A stretch of 52,243 nt of DNA, counting the filler, from Basidioascus undulatus (lineage: Eukaryota), in assembly GCA_000826855.1 (NCBI GenBank). It is 3 parts of 3 records of this genome, joined end to end, with 100 filler letters (N's around TTAATTAATTAA, not from the genome) between each part and the next. Parts side by side here need not be neighbours in the genome. Positions count along the whole stretch, not along the records: positions 34,889 to 52,243 come from JTLS01000537.1; 2 more parts are not named here. The stretch is one strand, 5' to 3'. This document shows positions 35,419 to 48,400 of this stretch, piece by piece (within the stretch, counting starts at the first letter, position 1; each line of letters starts with the position of its first letter). The notes beneath the pieces were generated by a model that saw only the letters and a list, made by a program, of their open reading frames with translations, searched no databases and was not told where the DNA came from. Made by a program: the position numbers and the translations under genes.

Positions 35419-36342
35419 CTAAACCGGAGGAGCCTCGCAAGTGACGGCGGCGGTGTCCGCCTCGTCGTACGTGCAGTAGCCCTCCCAGGCCCACTGTAAT
35501 TGAAGAAAGAACAGTCCCAGGCCTCTTGCTGCCTCGTAAAATCTGAGAGAAAACTACTGACGTTGATGTAGCCGCCGTCGCCCTTGCGCGTGAACACGCC
35601 CTTCTTAAAGAGGATAATGTCGTAACTGGGTGAGACGGGTAAGCCAGGCTGAAAAGATTTCGAAAATTCTCTAAATTCTAGCTCACCCGAACGACAGGTT
35701 GTAGGTAGTGTCCCAGTAAAACTGTGGATAATAATTGGCATGCATCAGCATCGATCCAGGCATTTGCGGGGTCACTGTTTAGCACACCTCTTGGTGGTCC
35801 TGGAAGTTTCAGGGATCATCAGCGGGGAAATCGGTGGTGTAATTCACTTACGGTCTGGTAGTTTACACCCTCGTCTCCTTCGTACTGGACTCCCCATGGC
35901 GAGTACGTCACGAACGCGTTGAACTCGCGGTGCTCCTCGCGCATCTTCGATGCGAGCTGCTTCGCAAACTTCGCGCCTCTAAAGAGGAATCAAACAACAT
36001 CGCTAGTGATCGAGGATGAAACCTTAAACCGAAGACTCACCCTGTCAATGTCCTTGACGCCTTTAACGAGACCCTTGATGATTTCGCGATCGGGTCCGCA
36101 AAGCCAGGCGCGATGTGACTATAAGCAGTCGAACCAAGTTCAGTGTCATACTCATGTCGGAGGTGCGAGGAGAAAGAAGAACAAGAGAACCCGGCCTGGC
36201 GGACTTGGACACCGGCCGCCTCACGGCGGACGATCGGGGCCTGGGGGTCGCCGGTGACGAACTTGGCGGACTCGAGCGGGACGGCGCTCACGGTCGCGAC
36301 AGCGAGCGCGCCGAAGGCACCCAGGACGTTGCTCAAATTCAT
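35419..36342 (-). CDS. Small secreted protein with C-terminal GDGGYINWAW motif (multi-exon; possible compensating frameshifts near 36090-35970)
   Basis: Signal peptide MNLSNVLGAFGALAVATVSA-VPL, VRR site; exons join to KFAKQLASKMREEHREFNAFV..EGDEGVNYQT|DHQE|FYWDTTYNLSFG|YDIILFKKGVFTRKGDGGYIN|WAWEGYC..C..*. Confidence 0.75.
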
Positions 36343-36428
36343 GGTCAGCTGAGGATGTGGGACTGGGCCTGTTGGGAGGGCAAGCGGGTTGCGGACGATG
36401 GAGAGGTCTTGCTCATGGCAGGGGTGGC

Positions 36429-36435
36429 TTTTATA
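36429..36435 (-). promoter_or_regulatory. TATA box of the 36342 secreted-protein gene
   Basis: TATAAAA on the minus strand about 90 nt upstream of the ATG. Confidence 0.6.
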
Positions 36436-37506
36436 TGGCCTGCTCAGCAGGAGATTGCCGATACCCTGTATAAATGACACATGAACCTCATGGATAATGC
36501 ATGCGACGACCGCATGGTGTCTATCTGGGGTGGAAAGCCGGGCGGACTGCACGGATTTCAGCTTCTTCGCACTGGGAAGAGCAGCCTCTCCGCCAACACA
36601 CGCTGAGCCCGTTGCTGGGCAAGGGAGGTGATATTGTATAGGGCCGCGTGAAACGACGATGGTTCAGCGTCTTGCAGCGTCACGTCCGTTGGTAGTCGCC
36701 GCCGGGAGTGGGATGATCAGGAGGCTGCCGCTACTAGAGGACTCGGACGAGGAGCATGTTGCAGATTGGATAGCCAAGACCCCTGTATATCGATCGTGCA
36801 AGTATCATGTACTACATTGCCTGTCCTGGTCATGCATACAACCAATTATTGCCATAGTCATGGGGTTGTGATTTTTAGAGACGCCATGAAATCGGTAATC
36901 GCGCGCAGCCAGGTGCACTGATCAGTGGCCTTTCGCGTATCTTCAGCATGAGGAGGAAGTGAGCCATCAACAGGCCCATTCCTTCTTGAAGCACAAATTT
37001 TTCTTGTTATATTATGGCTCGACTGGTTGCAAGAGCAGTTTTACAGTGGGACATCTGTTGCTCAAGGAAGAGCCACCTGAAGCTGGCGGAATATTTCGCT
37101 GGGGATACTTCGCAGTATGGTACGCTTGAAGGCGGCTGCAAGGAGCTCTAGATTCATGTATGAAGACTGCTACCGGAGTCCGCACGCGTGAGCATGCCCA
37201 AGCATTGCGGAAGACGACACCTGGCTGGCAACCACAGTCCTTGCAATGTGAACCTGTGTTTCTGGCGCCTGCTTGGCAGGGTTAAGTGGCCCACAGTTAA
37301 TGGCCAAGAAGTCGACCATGCGGGACTCCAGTGGATGTAGGTAGGGCACTGCATGATAAATGGGATTCTCCAGCCAACGTTGTTGTAATCGCCAACGATA
37401 ACGAAGTAGGAACGTCGGCAGCACCTCCTCCGACCGTCTGTTGGTCGTTTCAACCTCCAGCCAGCATTCATTATCACCAAACCCAGTACGCACCTCGCCG
37501 ACCGCT

Positions 37507-38300
37507 ATGGCGACCTTTAGCCTCCCGCGCCTCGACTTCGACCCGCGCAACGCGTGCCTCCGCTTCGAGACCTGTGTCTACCGTACACTCACGCCCAACC
37601 CGGACTCGCTGCCGTGGACGACGACGCTCCTGCGTCAGTCTACCACTGCCCCGAATTCCGAAGTTTCAGATGACGAGGATGATATGTTCGAGAAAGAGGA
37701 AGAGGTGGCGACGCTCCGCCCGGACTGTGCTGGACGGCGTGTGGTACCTCCAGCGCGTCGACTTCGCTGAGGGTAGCGGGGAACGGTGCTGGACACTAGA
37801 GTGCGGCGTTAATGGCGGGTAAGCGGAGGCACCCAGACCTATACACTGACCACTGACGATCTGGTTTTCGCGAACATGCACTCGCTCACCACTGCCGATC
37901 GTCGCGTCTACACATGGGCAACTGGAGCGGTCAGTTCGCTCAGTGTTCCCGCTGGTCCCTCCCCTCGTCGCGAACACTGGCGCGACTGACGCGTGGACTC
38001 CCTCTTCACTCTCTCAGGTCCGTCCACTAGAATTTAAAAAAGCATACCCTCTCAGCACGTCTCGTCCCGCGTACGCGACCGCCACCTCAGCTGCAAATGC
38101 ATGACGGACCTGCGCGCCTCTCCATCTCGGACAGCGAGATCGTGGAGCCAATACTCTTGTTCCTGCTGCTGCAGCGTCTAGTGGACAAAATGTCCGACTT
38201 GCCGCCGGCGCGCCGGCGCGCCGAATTGGTCGTAGCGGTGTCGACGAGCTGCGCAGGCAGTTGGTGCCCGCTTTCGGAATGCAGCCCCAGAGCACGGTAG
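37507..38300 (+). pseudogene. DUF6593-like basidiomycete protein, apparently frameshifted
   Basis: DPRNACL..VYRT..TTTLLR..EVATL, then (other frame) ADRRVYTW and EIVEPILLFLLLQR, matching my recollection of the DUF6593 motif order; frame change near 37720. Confidence 0.5.
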
Positions 38301-40020
38301 GATGGGCTTTCAATCATGTAGTTATCTATCTGAGATACATCAAATTGGAAAGCTTTGTAGAGCGCGACGCACTGCGTGTGATGCTCAGGCTGATCATTTT
38401 CCAACAGTAGTGGTTGTCGTGATGCCTCTTTCGCATATACTCTGACTTGCGCATGCGCACCCATGCAATGGCCTAGCACAAAAACAGAAACTTCCAATAA
38501 AATTTTCCAATAGTAAGCCGGCCCTGATCGGTATTGTAGCGGAGCATGATCAACTTCGCAAATGTCGTGCGAACGCTCGCCTGAGGTATGTCGCTAGGTG
38601 ATAGAGCGAACATTCAATTTAGGGCGTCTGAAACTGGGCAAAGGTCCAAGCGATGCCCCGGTTAAAAGGCGTACTTCCTGGTTCGAATGCTCATCTCATC
38701 AGTGGCTAGTATGCATACAGGCTCGTTACAGTCCAGCACATGAGGTTTGTCTCCTTTGCGCCGACGGCTCTGCTTCTGTCTTGGCGGACCTCAATCCCCC
38801 GGACCCTGGTATCTGTAATGCGGACGTTGAGTACTGCATTCCCGCCCATGGCCACCGCTTCGCGTCGCATGGCTGCGAAAGCCCGCTGCAGTCCAACCTA
38901 TGGCTGAATCGACACACAGTCGACACGGTCGAGATGTCTATATCCCTCCTTATAGAAAACAGACTTTCAATATGGATCTCCTTGGAGTGACCAGCAGCGG
39001 CTAGCCCCAGCCTACGGATGATTCGACAGTTTGGCGAGAGCTCCCAGCCGCTGTGAAGCGCGACGGAGGCGGCGCCCACATCGCTAGGCGCGACTTGGTG
39101 TGACATGCTGCGATAAAGGGTGATTGCTATAGGGTGAGTACGGTTGGAGGTTGGAATGGTTGAAGAGGGCAAGATGTGTGTCGGCAGAGGTTGACGGCGG
39201 AAACAAAGCGGGAAAGTGAGACTTTGTCATCCTCGACCCTCCATTCCGCACCGTCGGACGGATTCTGGCCATGAAAGATCGCCCTTGTACATACCAGCTC
39301 TCTTATATTTCGGAGAGGCAGTCGGCATCGTGGCATCTCTGCGAGGGTGCAACCGTCGATGGGGATGCCAACGTTTCCGTCCCACGCTCGCAAGTGTATG
39401 TAACACCGCAGCCAGCCCTACCACCAGTGCTCATGCCAAAAGAAACACACACAACCCACAAGTCCTGATGCTGCAGATGCTCAATGAATTGCTCTCCCCA
39501 ATCTCGTCCCCTCCCTTCCGTCCTGGCCTTAACAACAACGAAGAAGAATGTGAACAGCCAGCGACTTAAGTGCGTGCGTGCGAACGTTAAGAAGCGAAAG
39601 AAAGAAAGAGATGAAAACTGAGAACGTAAACGAAATCGAAAATCGAACGAGAGCGTGCGGTATGTGTATGAAAAGAATAAAGGTCCGTGCTGAGCGGGAA
39701 AGACGACTCGCTAAAGAGAAGAGAAACGTGCGGGACGTCAAAACGGAAGAGCGAAGAGAGAAATGAGAAGGAGAGTAAAGACAGACTGTGAAAGGCGAAA
39801 GAAGTGTGAGGGTGGACTAAGAAGGCAGGAAGGAGCAAGAGCGAGAGAGAACAAGGGCAGGAGTCGTTGAGAAATGTGCTGCAGATCGAGAGGGGCAGGA
39901 TGAGGATGTGAGACGGAAAGGAGATGTCGAGAAAAACGGTAAGGGATGGTAGGATAGGCAAGATAAGGAGACGGGAAGGAAGCAAGAAGGAAAAGAGCCC
40001 AAAGTCAACACCCGAAATCG

Positions 40021-42398
40021 TTACCGCCATTCACCCTGCATCGTCCCAGCCACACAATCAGCATCTCGCGAAACGAAAAGAAGAGAAGGAAACGAAAGGC
40101 CAACTCACCTCCCAATCGTCGTCCCTCTCCCTGCCCCGTTCCCTCTGCTCCCTCTCAACACGTCTCCGCTCGACCGCGCTCCCCGCCGAGACACTGCGGC
40201 CCATCGGCTCAGCCTGGGCGGACCGCAGCTCGGGCTCCATGCTAGCCATGAGCGCATCGACTGAGTCGCCGGTCTTCATGCCCGCTTCTCCTTGGCCGGG
40301 GACCGCGGCGAGTCCGTATGGCGGAGGGGCGGGGCCGAGGCCGGGTGTGGAGGGTGGTGCGGGCGAGGATGCGGAGGGGGCGGGGGTGTTTGACCGCGAG
40401 GGCGGGGCGGGTCGTGGGTGCCCTGCTGCGGAGGGGGGTTGGAGGAGAGCGGAAGAGGAGGAAGAGACAGTGGTAGCGGATGCGCCGTTGCGACCGAAGC
40501 CCGCCGCCTGGGAGGACCGGTGGTGCGAGTGCGCCAGGTCGACATTTGGAGAGGGGCTGCGAAAGGCCCCGAGCCCCGCCTGGCCGGGCGGGGGTTGCGG
40601 GCTCGGCGCGCGCGAGTTCGGCGCGCTCTCGATGTCCCCCGGCGGGAGGCTCGTCGGGAGCGGCGAGTACCCCGCCGAGGGCTCGGCGGAGCGGCCGACG
40701 GCGAGCGAGAACGGCCAGGGCAGGGAGGACGCCGCTGAGCGGGGCGGCGCGGGCGTGGTGGTGGAGGGGGAGAAAGGGTAGTAGAGGATCGCGGGGAGGA
40801 GGCCTGCGGAAGGCTGCCGGCTGTGCGAGCGGGAGGGCGAGCCGGGGCGCGAGAGCGGGGCGGACCCGACGGGGAAGGGGAGAAGAGGAATCCCACGTGC
40901 CGGCGCGGGGTGGTGCACCGAGCCATCGTCGTCGTTCGTGGAGGGGTGGGGAGGAGGAGAGGAAGGGAAGAAGTACGCTGCTGCGCCCGGCGGGTAGATG
41001 GATGCGGGCGGGCTGACGACGCGCTTGGCGAACAGGAGACGAATGACACCGATGGCGAGGACGAAGCCGCCGATGACGAGCAGGCCACGACCCCAGCGCC
41101 CAAGGAACGTGATGAAGCCCGCGTCGTCGGCGTGCCAGCTCGAGCCGTAGTAGTGGTCGAAGAACGCCTCGGGCGCAGTGCCCGGCTTGGCGTTCTTGCC
41201 GTAGAGGCTCTTGGGCAGGACGCGCACGGCCTCGGGGTCGGGCCCTTGGTCGAGCGGAGGAGCCGGGTGCGAGCCCAGCCAGAGCCCGTAGATCGTGCTG
41301 CGGCGCAGAAAAGCCTAGGGTTCAGATAGGGGCAATGCTGAGAAGTCACGCGACACGGACCTGATGAACATCGGACCGGTAGAGAACATCACGGTGGGAT
41401 AGTTGGAGATGTAGCGGTGGTTGAACTGGTTGTCCCAAGCGCCGCTAATCTATGAGCACGAGATCTCCTGGCTTTTCACAGGACGTAACGGGAGACGCAC
41501 CGTCTGCAAGTTGTGGATAACCTCGACCATGAACTGGCCATGCCGCTCCGAGAACATCACGTCGTTGGAAACGCCGACAGGGATTGTCTTGGCGAGGATG
41601 ACCGGGTACTGCAGCAGCGGGTCGACGCGGCGTCGGCACCCGACGTCCAGATCCAGGTAGACGCCGCCGTAGTGGTGCAGAACGAAGTAGCGGATGGCAT
41701 CGGCGCGCTGTTGTGACATCGTCAGCATCTCCGAGATGAACGCGTGGAGGGCTGGGAGAGTGGGCTGGGGAGTAAACGAACCTGAATCGGGTACGGGTAG
41801 GACGTGTACGTCGGCAAGAACCACGGATAGTACGTAGAGATGAACTGCTGCGCGAGCGAGTCGGTCCACAGGATGTGCTCGCTGTGAGGTGATGGGACAG
41901 AGGAGGGTCAGCAAGGTACGTCTCAGCGTTGTAGCTGTCCGCCCGATCATTATTCCGCCCCAATTCTCACGCCCATACACCCGCTCGCTCTCAAGGACCG
42001 ACCAGCCCCCCCTGCGGCATCCACAAGCCCCGCGTAGAAGAGACAACAACTCACTAGTCACTGTGCATCTGCATGCACGCGTCCCTCACGGCCTTCCACC
42101 GCTCAGGCAGGACGTCGTCCTTCCAAGTCCAATGCAGAATGCGCGGGATGCGCTCGCCGAGGTCATCGCGGGGGTCGACTAGGTGCGCATAGCCGTCGTA
42201 CTCGCCCGAGTTGTTGTAGGGCGGGAAGGGCTGCTTCATCGGATCGGCGGGGAAGGCGGGCATGTCCAGCGGGTACGGCTGGAGGAGCGCCGAGGAGGGG
42301 ATCGCGTAATAGGACGTGACGGCCGTGAGGAATATGAGCGTCCCGAGGAGGACGAGCGTGAGCAGCGTCAGCGCTACAAAAAGCGGTCGCCGGGCCAT
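40021..42398 (-). CDS. SUR1: Mannosyl-inositol-phosphorylceramide synthase, glycosyltransferase family 32 (Sur1/Csh1-like)
   Basis: N-terminal TM, RIPRILHWTWK, HILWTD..REFI..YPWFL, QRADAIRYFVLHHYGGVYLDLD (DxD), PVGVSNDVM, YPTVMFSTGPMF, FFDHYYGSSWHADDA, TM, long Pro/Ser tail. Confidence 0.93.
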
Positions 42399-45060
42399 GC
42401 TGGGCGAAGAGAGGGAGGGGGAGGGGGTCTGCAAGTGCCGCGCGTGAGATCTCGATCGAAGCGGATGAGAGTCGTTGAGAATACAAAGAGGAGTATTACA
42501 AAAACGTGCAAGCGGGCGAGGCCTTCTTTTCGAAACGAAGAGCGCAGCTATCGAGGCGGTCCAAGCTGCATCGCCTCGCGGAGAGTTAGCGCGGTGATGG
42601 CCGCGCTCGCCGACAGGTAGAGCACGTACAGAGCGTGAATTAGAGTGTGATCGTAACGAGCAGCTTGTCAAGCAAAGATGGAACGCGTAGTCGTCAACTT
42701 GGCCGAGGGACGAAGAGGGGCGGGCAGGGGAGAGAGAAGGGCAGGGCAGGGCAGTGTGTCAGTGGAAGGTCGGCTAGCGCACTCGGAGCGTCCGTCATGG
42801 CAACAAGAATGTCCCAGTCTGCAGCCGTGACTATCTTCTTCTTTATCGTTCCCAACGACCACTTGGCCAACATCATCGTCCAAGTGCGCAGCTCCGTTGA
42901 GGAGCCGTTGTCCGGCCCACGGCCTATGGCGAGCGAGAGCGCATCCGCAGCAAGGAGCAAGCCAAGCCAAGCCATCTCCGCCAGCCAAAACACGATATCG
43001 TGCTCGGAATCGCCGACTCACCGACTCGGTTTCCCAGTCGCCCGGTCTGCGGCCCAGTCGTGATGGCGATGGGTAACAGGGGCGGCGGCGGGGGGTGAAC
43101 GCGTAGGGGGAAGGGGGAAAGAAGGAAGGAGGGGGAGGGATGAAGGTCGAGGGTGTCCAAGTGCAATAATGGAAGGTCGAGGGGCGCGTGTGTCGTGCTG
43201 TTTTAACCTCTTGCGCGCCGGGCGTCGCTCGTTGCAAATCAAGATTTCGCGTCGATCAGGCCCAGCTCGTTCGAACCTCAGGCGCCTTGCTTGATCTATT
43301 GCTGGTCAATTCGGCACAGCAATCGCGATATTGTGAAAGCAGGCTGTGATGCTGGGTGGCAAAGTTTGAACATCGCTCGAAGGCACGGTGGCTGCGGCTT
43401 CGCTGTCAGAGAAAGGCCTGTCAAGCTCGGCGATGGCACGGCAGTCGTCCCCGAGCACATACAGCGCGGGTCCCGGTCTTGCTCTGACCATGGGAAGTTT
43501 ACATGTACGTGCATTTTCTTTCTTCCTCCCTTCTCCTCTCTCACGAGCGCTCAGATCAAACTCCTACATTCATCCCCGAACCGTAGAGTTGGAAGGCTCG
43601 CGAAGGGCTTGTGTAGAACACCGACGGACGCTGCTGAAGTGGAGATGAGCGCGGCGCCCATCTGCCCTCCGGTTCAATTCTTTCTCAAGATCCTACGCCG
43701 AGTGTACCATTTTAATCCTTCACGGTTGCAAACGAAAGTGCTCTCTGATTGCCTATATTCTTGTTATTGGGAATACAACAATATACTGGCTAGCAGACCT
43801 CCTATAACTCATGCAGCGCATTCGTTTGCAACATGGACGTACACTGCACGATGCCGGTAAACGAGGCGTGCTCCAATAATCGAGACCTACAGCTGGTACC
43901 ATTGAATCTGGCTTGGAGTGTGATATAGCGCGGATATGGGCGGAACGCATTGCGACCGGAACTGTAGCCGTTGCCAAGTGGCCTATGCAGCGGTCGGGAG
44001 GTGTGGAGCGTAGGCCATCGGATAAAGTAACGAGCCTATAAATTTCAGCTTAATTTTGGTAGCCTCTACTGGCTTCAGCACAAGTATCACACCCGCATGG
44101 GACCTCGGCCGCCTTCGCGACTGTCGTTGCGCACGGTGGGTGAATGGCAGCACTGCAGCTGCCGCTCAACGGCGAGCAGATGTTCCCTACACTGCATGGT
44201 CGGGCTCAGTAAAAGGCGGGAGTGAGTATATTTTCAATTCGGCTCGGGACGTAAGTGCGCCTTGCCCTGGAAGCGCACAGCAGGCAAGCCACGGTCGACG
44301 AGGTGTGCGAGTTTCGTTGCCAGCACCACCAGATTCTTAGACACGAGCAGAGGACTTGTGCCTTGCATAGCGATATAAAGAGCGTCGGTCTCAATCGAGG
44401 GCGACTTGGATCGCAGAAGATTCGCCAGGTTTTGCATGAGACCTGGCCCTGCGGTTGCCTGACCACCGGCCGAGGTGTGTTGAACGATAGTGGCATCTCC
44501 ACATTGAATAACCATGAGACAATCTCCTCAAATGAGACGACGAAGGCAGTACCCCGCTCCCGGGGTCGACGAGTCAATCACACCGAGGCAAATACGGAGA
44601 TGGGGGAAGATCGATGTGCGTCCGACCGGACGTGTCGAGAACCAGGAGAGGACTTTGAACGCGAGTCTCGAGTGGCATGGCAGGAGAAGGTGCAAGAGAC
44701 TCTGAAAAATCGCTGAAGAGTATGTCCGGTCTAGTAGCGGCGACGGGTTTCGGTTGGGAGAAGGAGGAAAAGGGGAGAAGTGGGAGGAAGTGGGTGAGGA
44801 AGTGGGTGAGCTGGTGACGCTGCCAGAAAGAGAAACCGTAAGATTGGGGTTCTCGGATACCATTGCCTCCGTCTGTCAAAGCTTCACACTGTGACGGCCG
44901 TCAATCAAAATTAAAAGCTGAATCCCGACATGTCTAGATTTTGGGGAGACCAAGGGAGTTGGTGTGAAGCATACGCTACTATGACCTTGAACAAATCGTT
45001 TCCAAAGATTCTACTGGGTTTCCCTGGTTTTCATGCCTCGGGACGGCAGGCAGTCAGGAC

Positions 45061-45094
45061 TGCCTTGCGCATGTGCCCCCTGCCTTGCGCATGT
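45061..45094. repeat. Short direct repeat TGCCTTGCGCATGT x2 (20-bp period) upstream of ELG1
   Basis: Copies at 45061-45074 and 45081-45094. Confidence 0.8.
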
Positions 45095-45426
45095 ATGTCA
45101 CGCAGTCCTGCAGGCCAGGTGCCCAGGACAGCTCGGCCAGTGCCATGTCAGGCTGACGTTCGAGCCTCGGCGACCTTTCTCGAGACTACCGTATGAGCTT
45201 GAGAAGACATCGCAGCGGTAACAAGAGAGCTCTTATATGACAGACCAACAGTGAAAATTAATGAAAGTTGGTGAAAGCAAGTGAAAGGCGACGCAGCCTC
45301 CGTCCTGCCGCGGGTAAAGCGCGGTCGCGCTGCCTCATCAGACGTCAAGACGCGTTCCACCCCGGCGCGTCCACCAAGGGCTCGCCTCGCCCCTTGACCA
45401 CCTTCCACGCCCCATCGCGCATACCC

Positions 45427-48400
45427 ATGTCCAACGATCCACCCACACCACAGCCAAAGTACCATCCACTATTCGGGCAGAAGCGGTCCGCGTCGGCATC
45501 ATCGTCGGCGAGCTCAGCAGCGCCGCCGGCCAACGCGCCCAAGCGGAAGAACAATACCAAGGCCGCTGTCGCGCGCGATCCAAAGCAGGGGAGAATCGTC
45601 TTTGGCCAGGCAGGGCTTGTCGCGGGGAGGACGGAGGCGGAGAAGGCTGTGGAGACACAGAAGGGGAAGAAGAAGGGGGAGAAGAAGGCCATGGGGGAGG
45701 AGGCTTCCAGGTCGGGAGGGAGTCATGCGAGGGAGGATGTGGAAGGTGAGTGATTTCGGTGGTTAATCCTGGATCGAGCTGTTCGTGGAGGTGCTTGGAC
45801 CTTTTGATTCCCCGTGAGAGCTGACTTGCGCTTCTGTTGCAGGATCGGGAGCTCTGCCAGCTCCAAGACCGTCAGCGCCGTTCGAGACGCCCGAGGCCGG
45901 TAAGCTACCTGTCAAGCGTTCTATTGCGAACCTGGCTGATCGCTTTCCACCCATCCTCTTTAAGCGCCCTCGTCTACACTTCATGCTCCCGCGAAGGCGG
46001 ACAGCACCGCGAGCAGCGCCGAGACCGACGTCGACCGGACTGAGGCAGAGGACACGGAGATGGAGGTGGACGACGCTGCATCAAGTGTGTTTCTTACATT
46101 TTGGAGAGGTTACCGCGGTTCATATGTAAACTCTGCCTTGACCACTTCAGACGCGGCTCTTCCTGCAGAACCCGCGCCCGCGCCCGCCGTGCACGAAGGT
46201 GCGTCTGCATTTCAGCTGGTCGCGAGGTGTGCGGTTGCGCTGAGCAAACCCCTTCATAGGCGTCTCACAACCTCCGCCGGCGGGGACTGACACGGGCAAT
46301 GAACCCACTCTGGACGACGGCGGTGTGTTTTGGGGTGCTTTCTCTGTCAGCCAGATTACCTTACCGACCTCCCACCCCCTCAGGGCGTCCGAAACGGAAG
46401 CGTCCTCCCCCTGGGTCGTTCACCATACCTGGTGCACACCTCCGAGCTCTGAGATGAACGAAGCACGATGGCTGAACCTCTCCTCGTTTCCGCGCACCAG
46501 CTCTCTCCCCGCTCAAGCCTGCTCGCTCGCCCTCGCCGCCGGCCAAGAAGCGCTCGCAGGCGCCGCAGGCGCTGACGTCAGATAAGGATGGCGACGACGT
46601 TCGGGTCGTCTCACCGAAAGGCAAGAAAAGCGGCCGGCCACCAAAGGGTGGGTTTCAGACTCGTGTTGTATCCTCTGCTAAAGCGACACGCTCTCATCTT
46701 CGTTGGCCGCACAGCACGCCCTCCTGTCGCGACTGCGGCTCCGAGCAGCGACGACGACGTCAAGTACATCTCCACTACCTCCCGCTCCGCCTCGCCCAAG
46801 CGTCCTCCTCCGCCCTCCAAGCCCCTTCATCCCATGTTCGCGCCCAAGGCACAATCGAAGAAGCCACGCCCTTCTCCCCGGCCCGAACCTACCCGTCTTT
46901 TCAACTTCTCCGCCGTTCCCCCCACCTCAGCTTCCTCCAGCAAGCGGGCCCCTGAGCCCATCGTCATCTCCGACGAGGACTCGCCGAAGAAGCCGCGCCC
47001 GCCGGCGCCCGCGCTGGCGCTGCATCCCATATTCGCGCCTCTCTCGAGACCGGCACGAGCGCTGCCGAGTGCGAAGGCGTGGACGACGGGGAAGTGGAGG
47101 GAAGCGAAGGAGGCGAGCTGGCCTTTGCGGGAGGACATGCACGTCCAGCCTCCGCCCGCGCTCAATTGGCCTGACGCCCCGCCCAGCCGTGTCTTCGGCT
47201 CGCGCGACCCTCGTGCGTTCGTTGGCGTCCCGGCCCCGCCCACCTCCATGCCGTTCGCCATCGACCTCCGCCCACCGTCGTCTGCTCGCCCTCACACGCC
47301 GAGCCCGTCATTCTCCTCCCCCTCCTTGCTCCGCTCTCATCCTGCCATCGCGCGTCTCCCGCTCCCCCCCTCCTCCGAGGCCGAGACCTACGCGGATCGG
47401 TTCCGCCCAACGCGAGCGGACGAGGTCCTCGGCAACGAGGAGCAGGCGCAGTACCTCAAGCAGTGGATGAGCGGCCTCGCGCTGGGCGGAGAAGGCTGGG
47501 CCGGCGTGCGCGACGTGCGGACCGAGCGCCGCACACGGAAACGCGGCCGACCACGCAAAGCTCGTGCGAACGACGACGACAAATGGATCGACGACGACGA
47601 CATCGAGCATTTCTCCGACGAGGCGTCGGACGCGGACGCTGGCGCCCCGGCCGAGGCGACCCTCGAGGACGATAGCGCGCGCAGGATCGAGTACACCTCA
47701 AACGCGATCCTCCTCGCCGGACCGTCCGGAACGGGCAAGACCGCGGCGCTATATGCGTGCGCGGCGGAGCTCGGGTGGGACGTCTTCGAGGTCAACCCCG
47801 GCGTGGGGAAGCGCTCGGGCAAGGAGCTCCTCTCGCTCGTCGGCGCCGTCGGGGGCAATCACGTCCTCGGGCCGGGGCGCGAGACACGCGAGGGCAGGAC
47901 GCGCAGCGTCGTTAGCCATGCTGAGGAGGAGGCCGCTTCGGGCGAGGGGACGAGGTTCAGGGAGAGCGTGATCTTGCTCGAGGAGTGCGACGTCCTGTTT
48001 GAGGAGGACAAGGGCTTTTGGAACGCAGTGGGCACGCTCGTCGCCGAGTCCAAGAGGCCGGTTGTCTTGACTTGCAACGGTGCGCTGCACTCTTCGACAC
48101 AGTTCCAGTCATTCTCGGTTCATGCGCTCACAACCGCTCCACCCTCTCCCTCCAACAGACCCCTCCGTCCTTCAACTCTCCTCCATCCCCCTCCAAACGA
48201 CCCTCACATTCCGCCCGCCGCCAACCGACCTCGCCGTCTCTTACCTTCACGCCATCGCACCGGACATCTCGCGCTCGCACCTCAAGCGCCTCTACCTCGC
48301 TCTGCACGAGCCCGACGCTCAAGAACGCCTCGCGCAGGACCGCGTGTACCCCGTGCGCGGCGTACCCGCCGAGGTCGGAGCTGCGGGGAGCGGGGGAGAT

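Noticed and set aside
39560..40020. Purine-rich tract giving hydrophobic minus-strand ORFs (also 49950-50260)
   Set aside because: Consistent with pyrimidine-rich 3' UTRs of SUR1 and the vWA gene.
40276..41349. Long overlapping or antisense ORFs (also 11741-12649, 46703-47470, 50211-51419)
   Set aside because: Shadow frames of GC-rich coding exons with no independent motifs.
42694..43070. Possible small spliced gene relic upstream of SUR1
   Set aside because: One intron-like segment, but no start codon or recognisable product.
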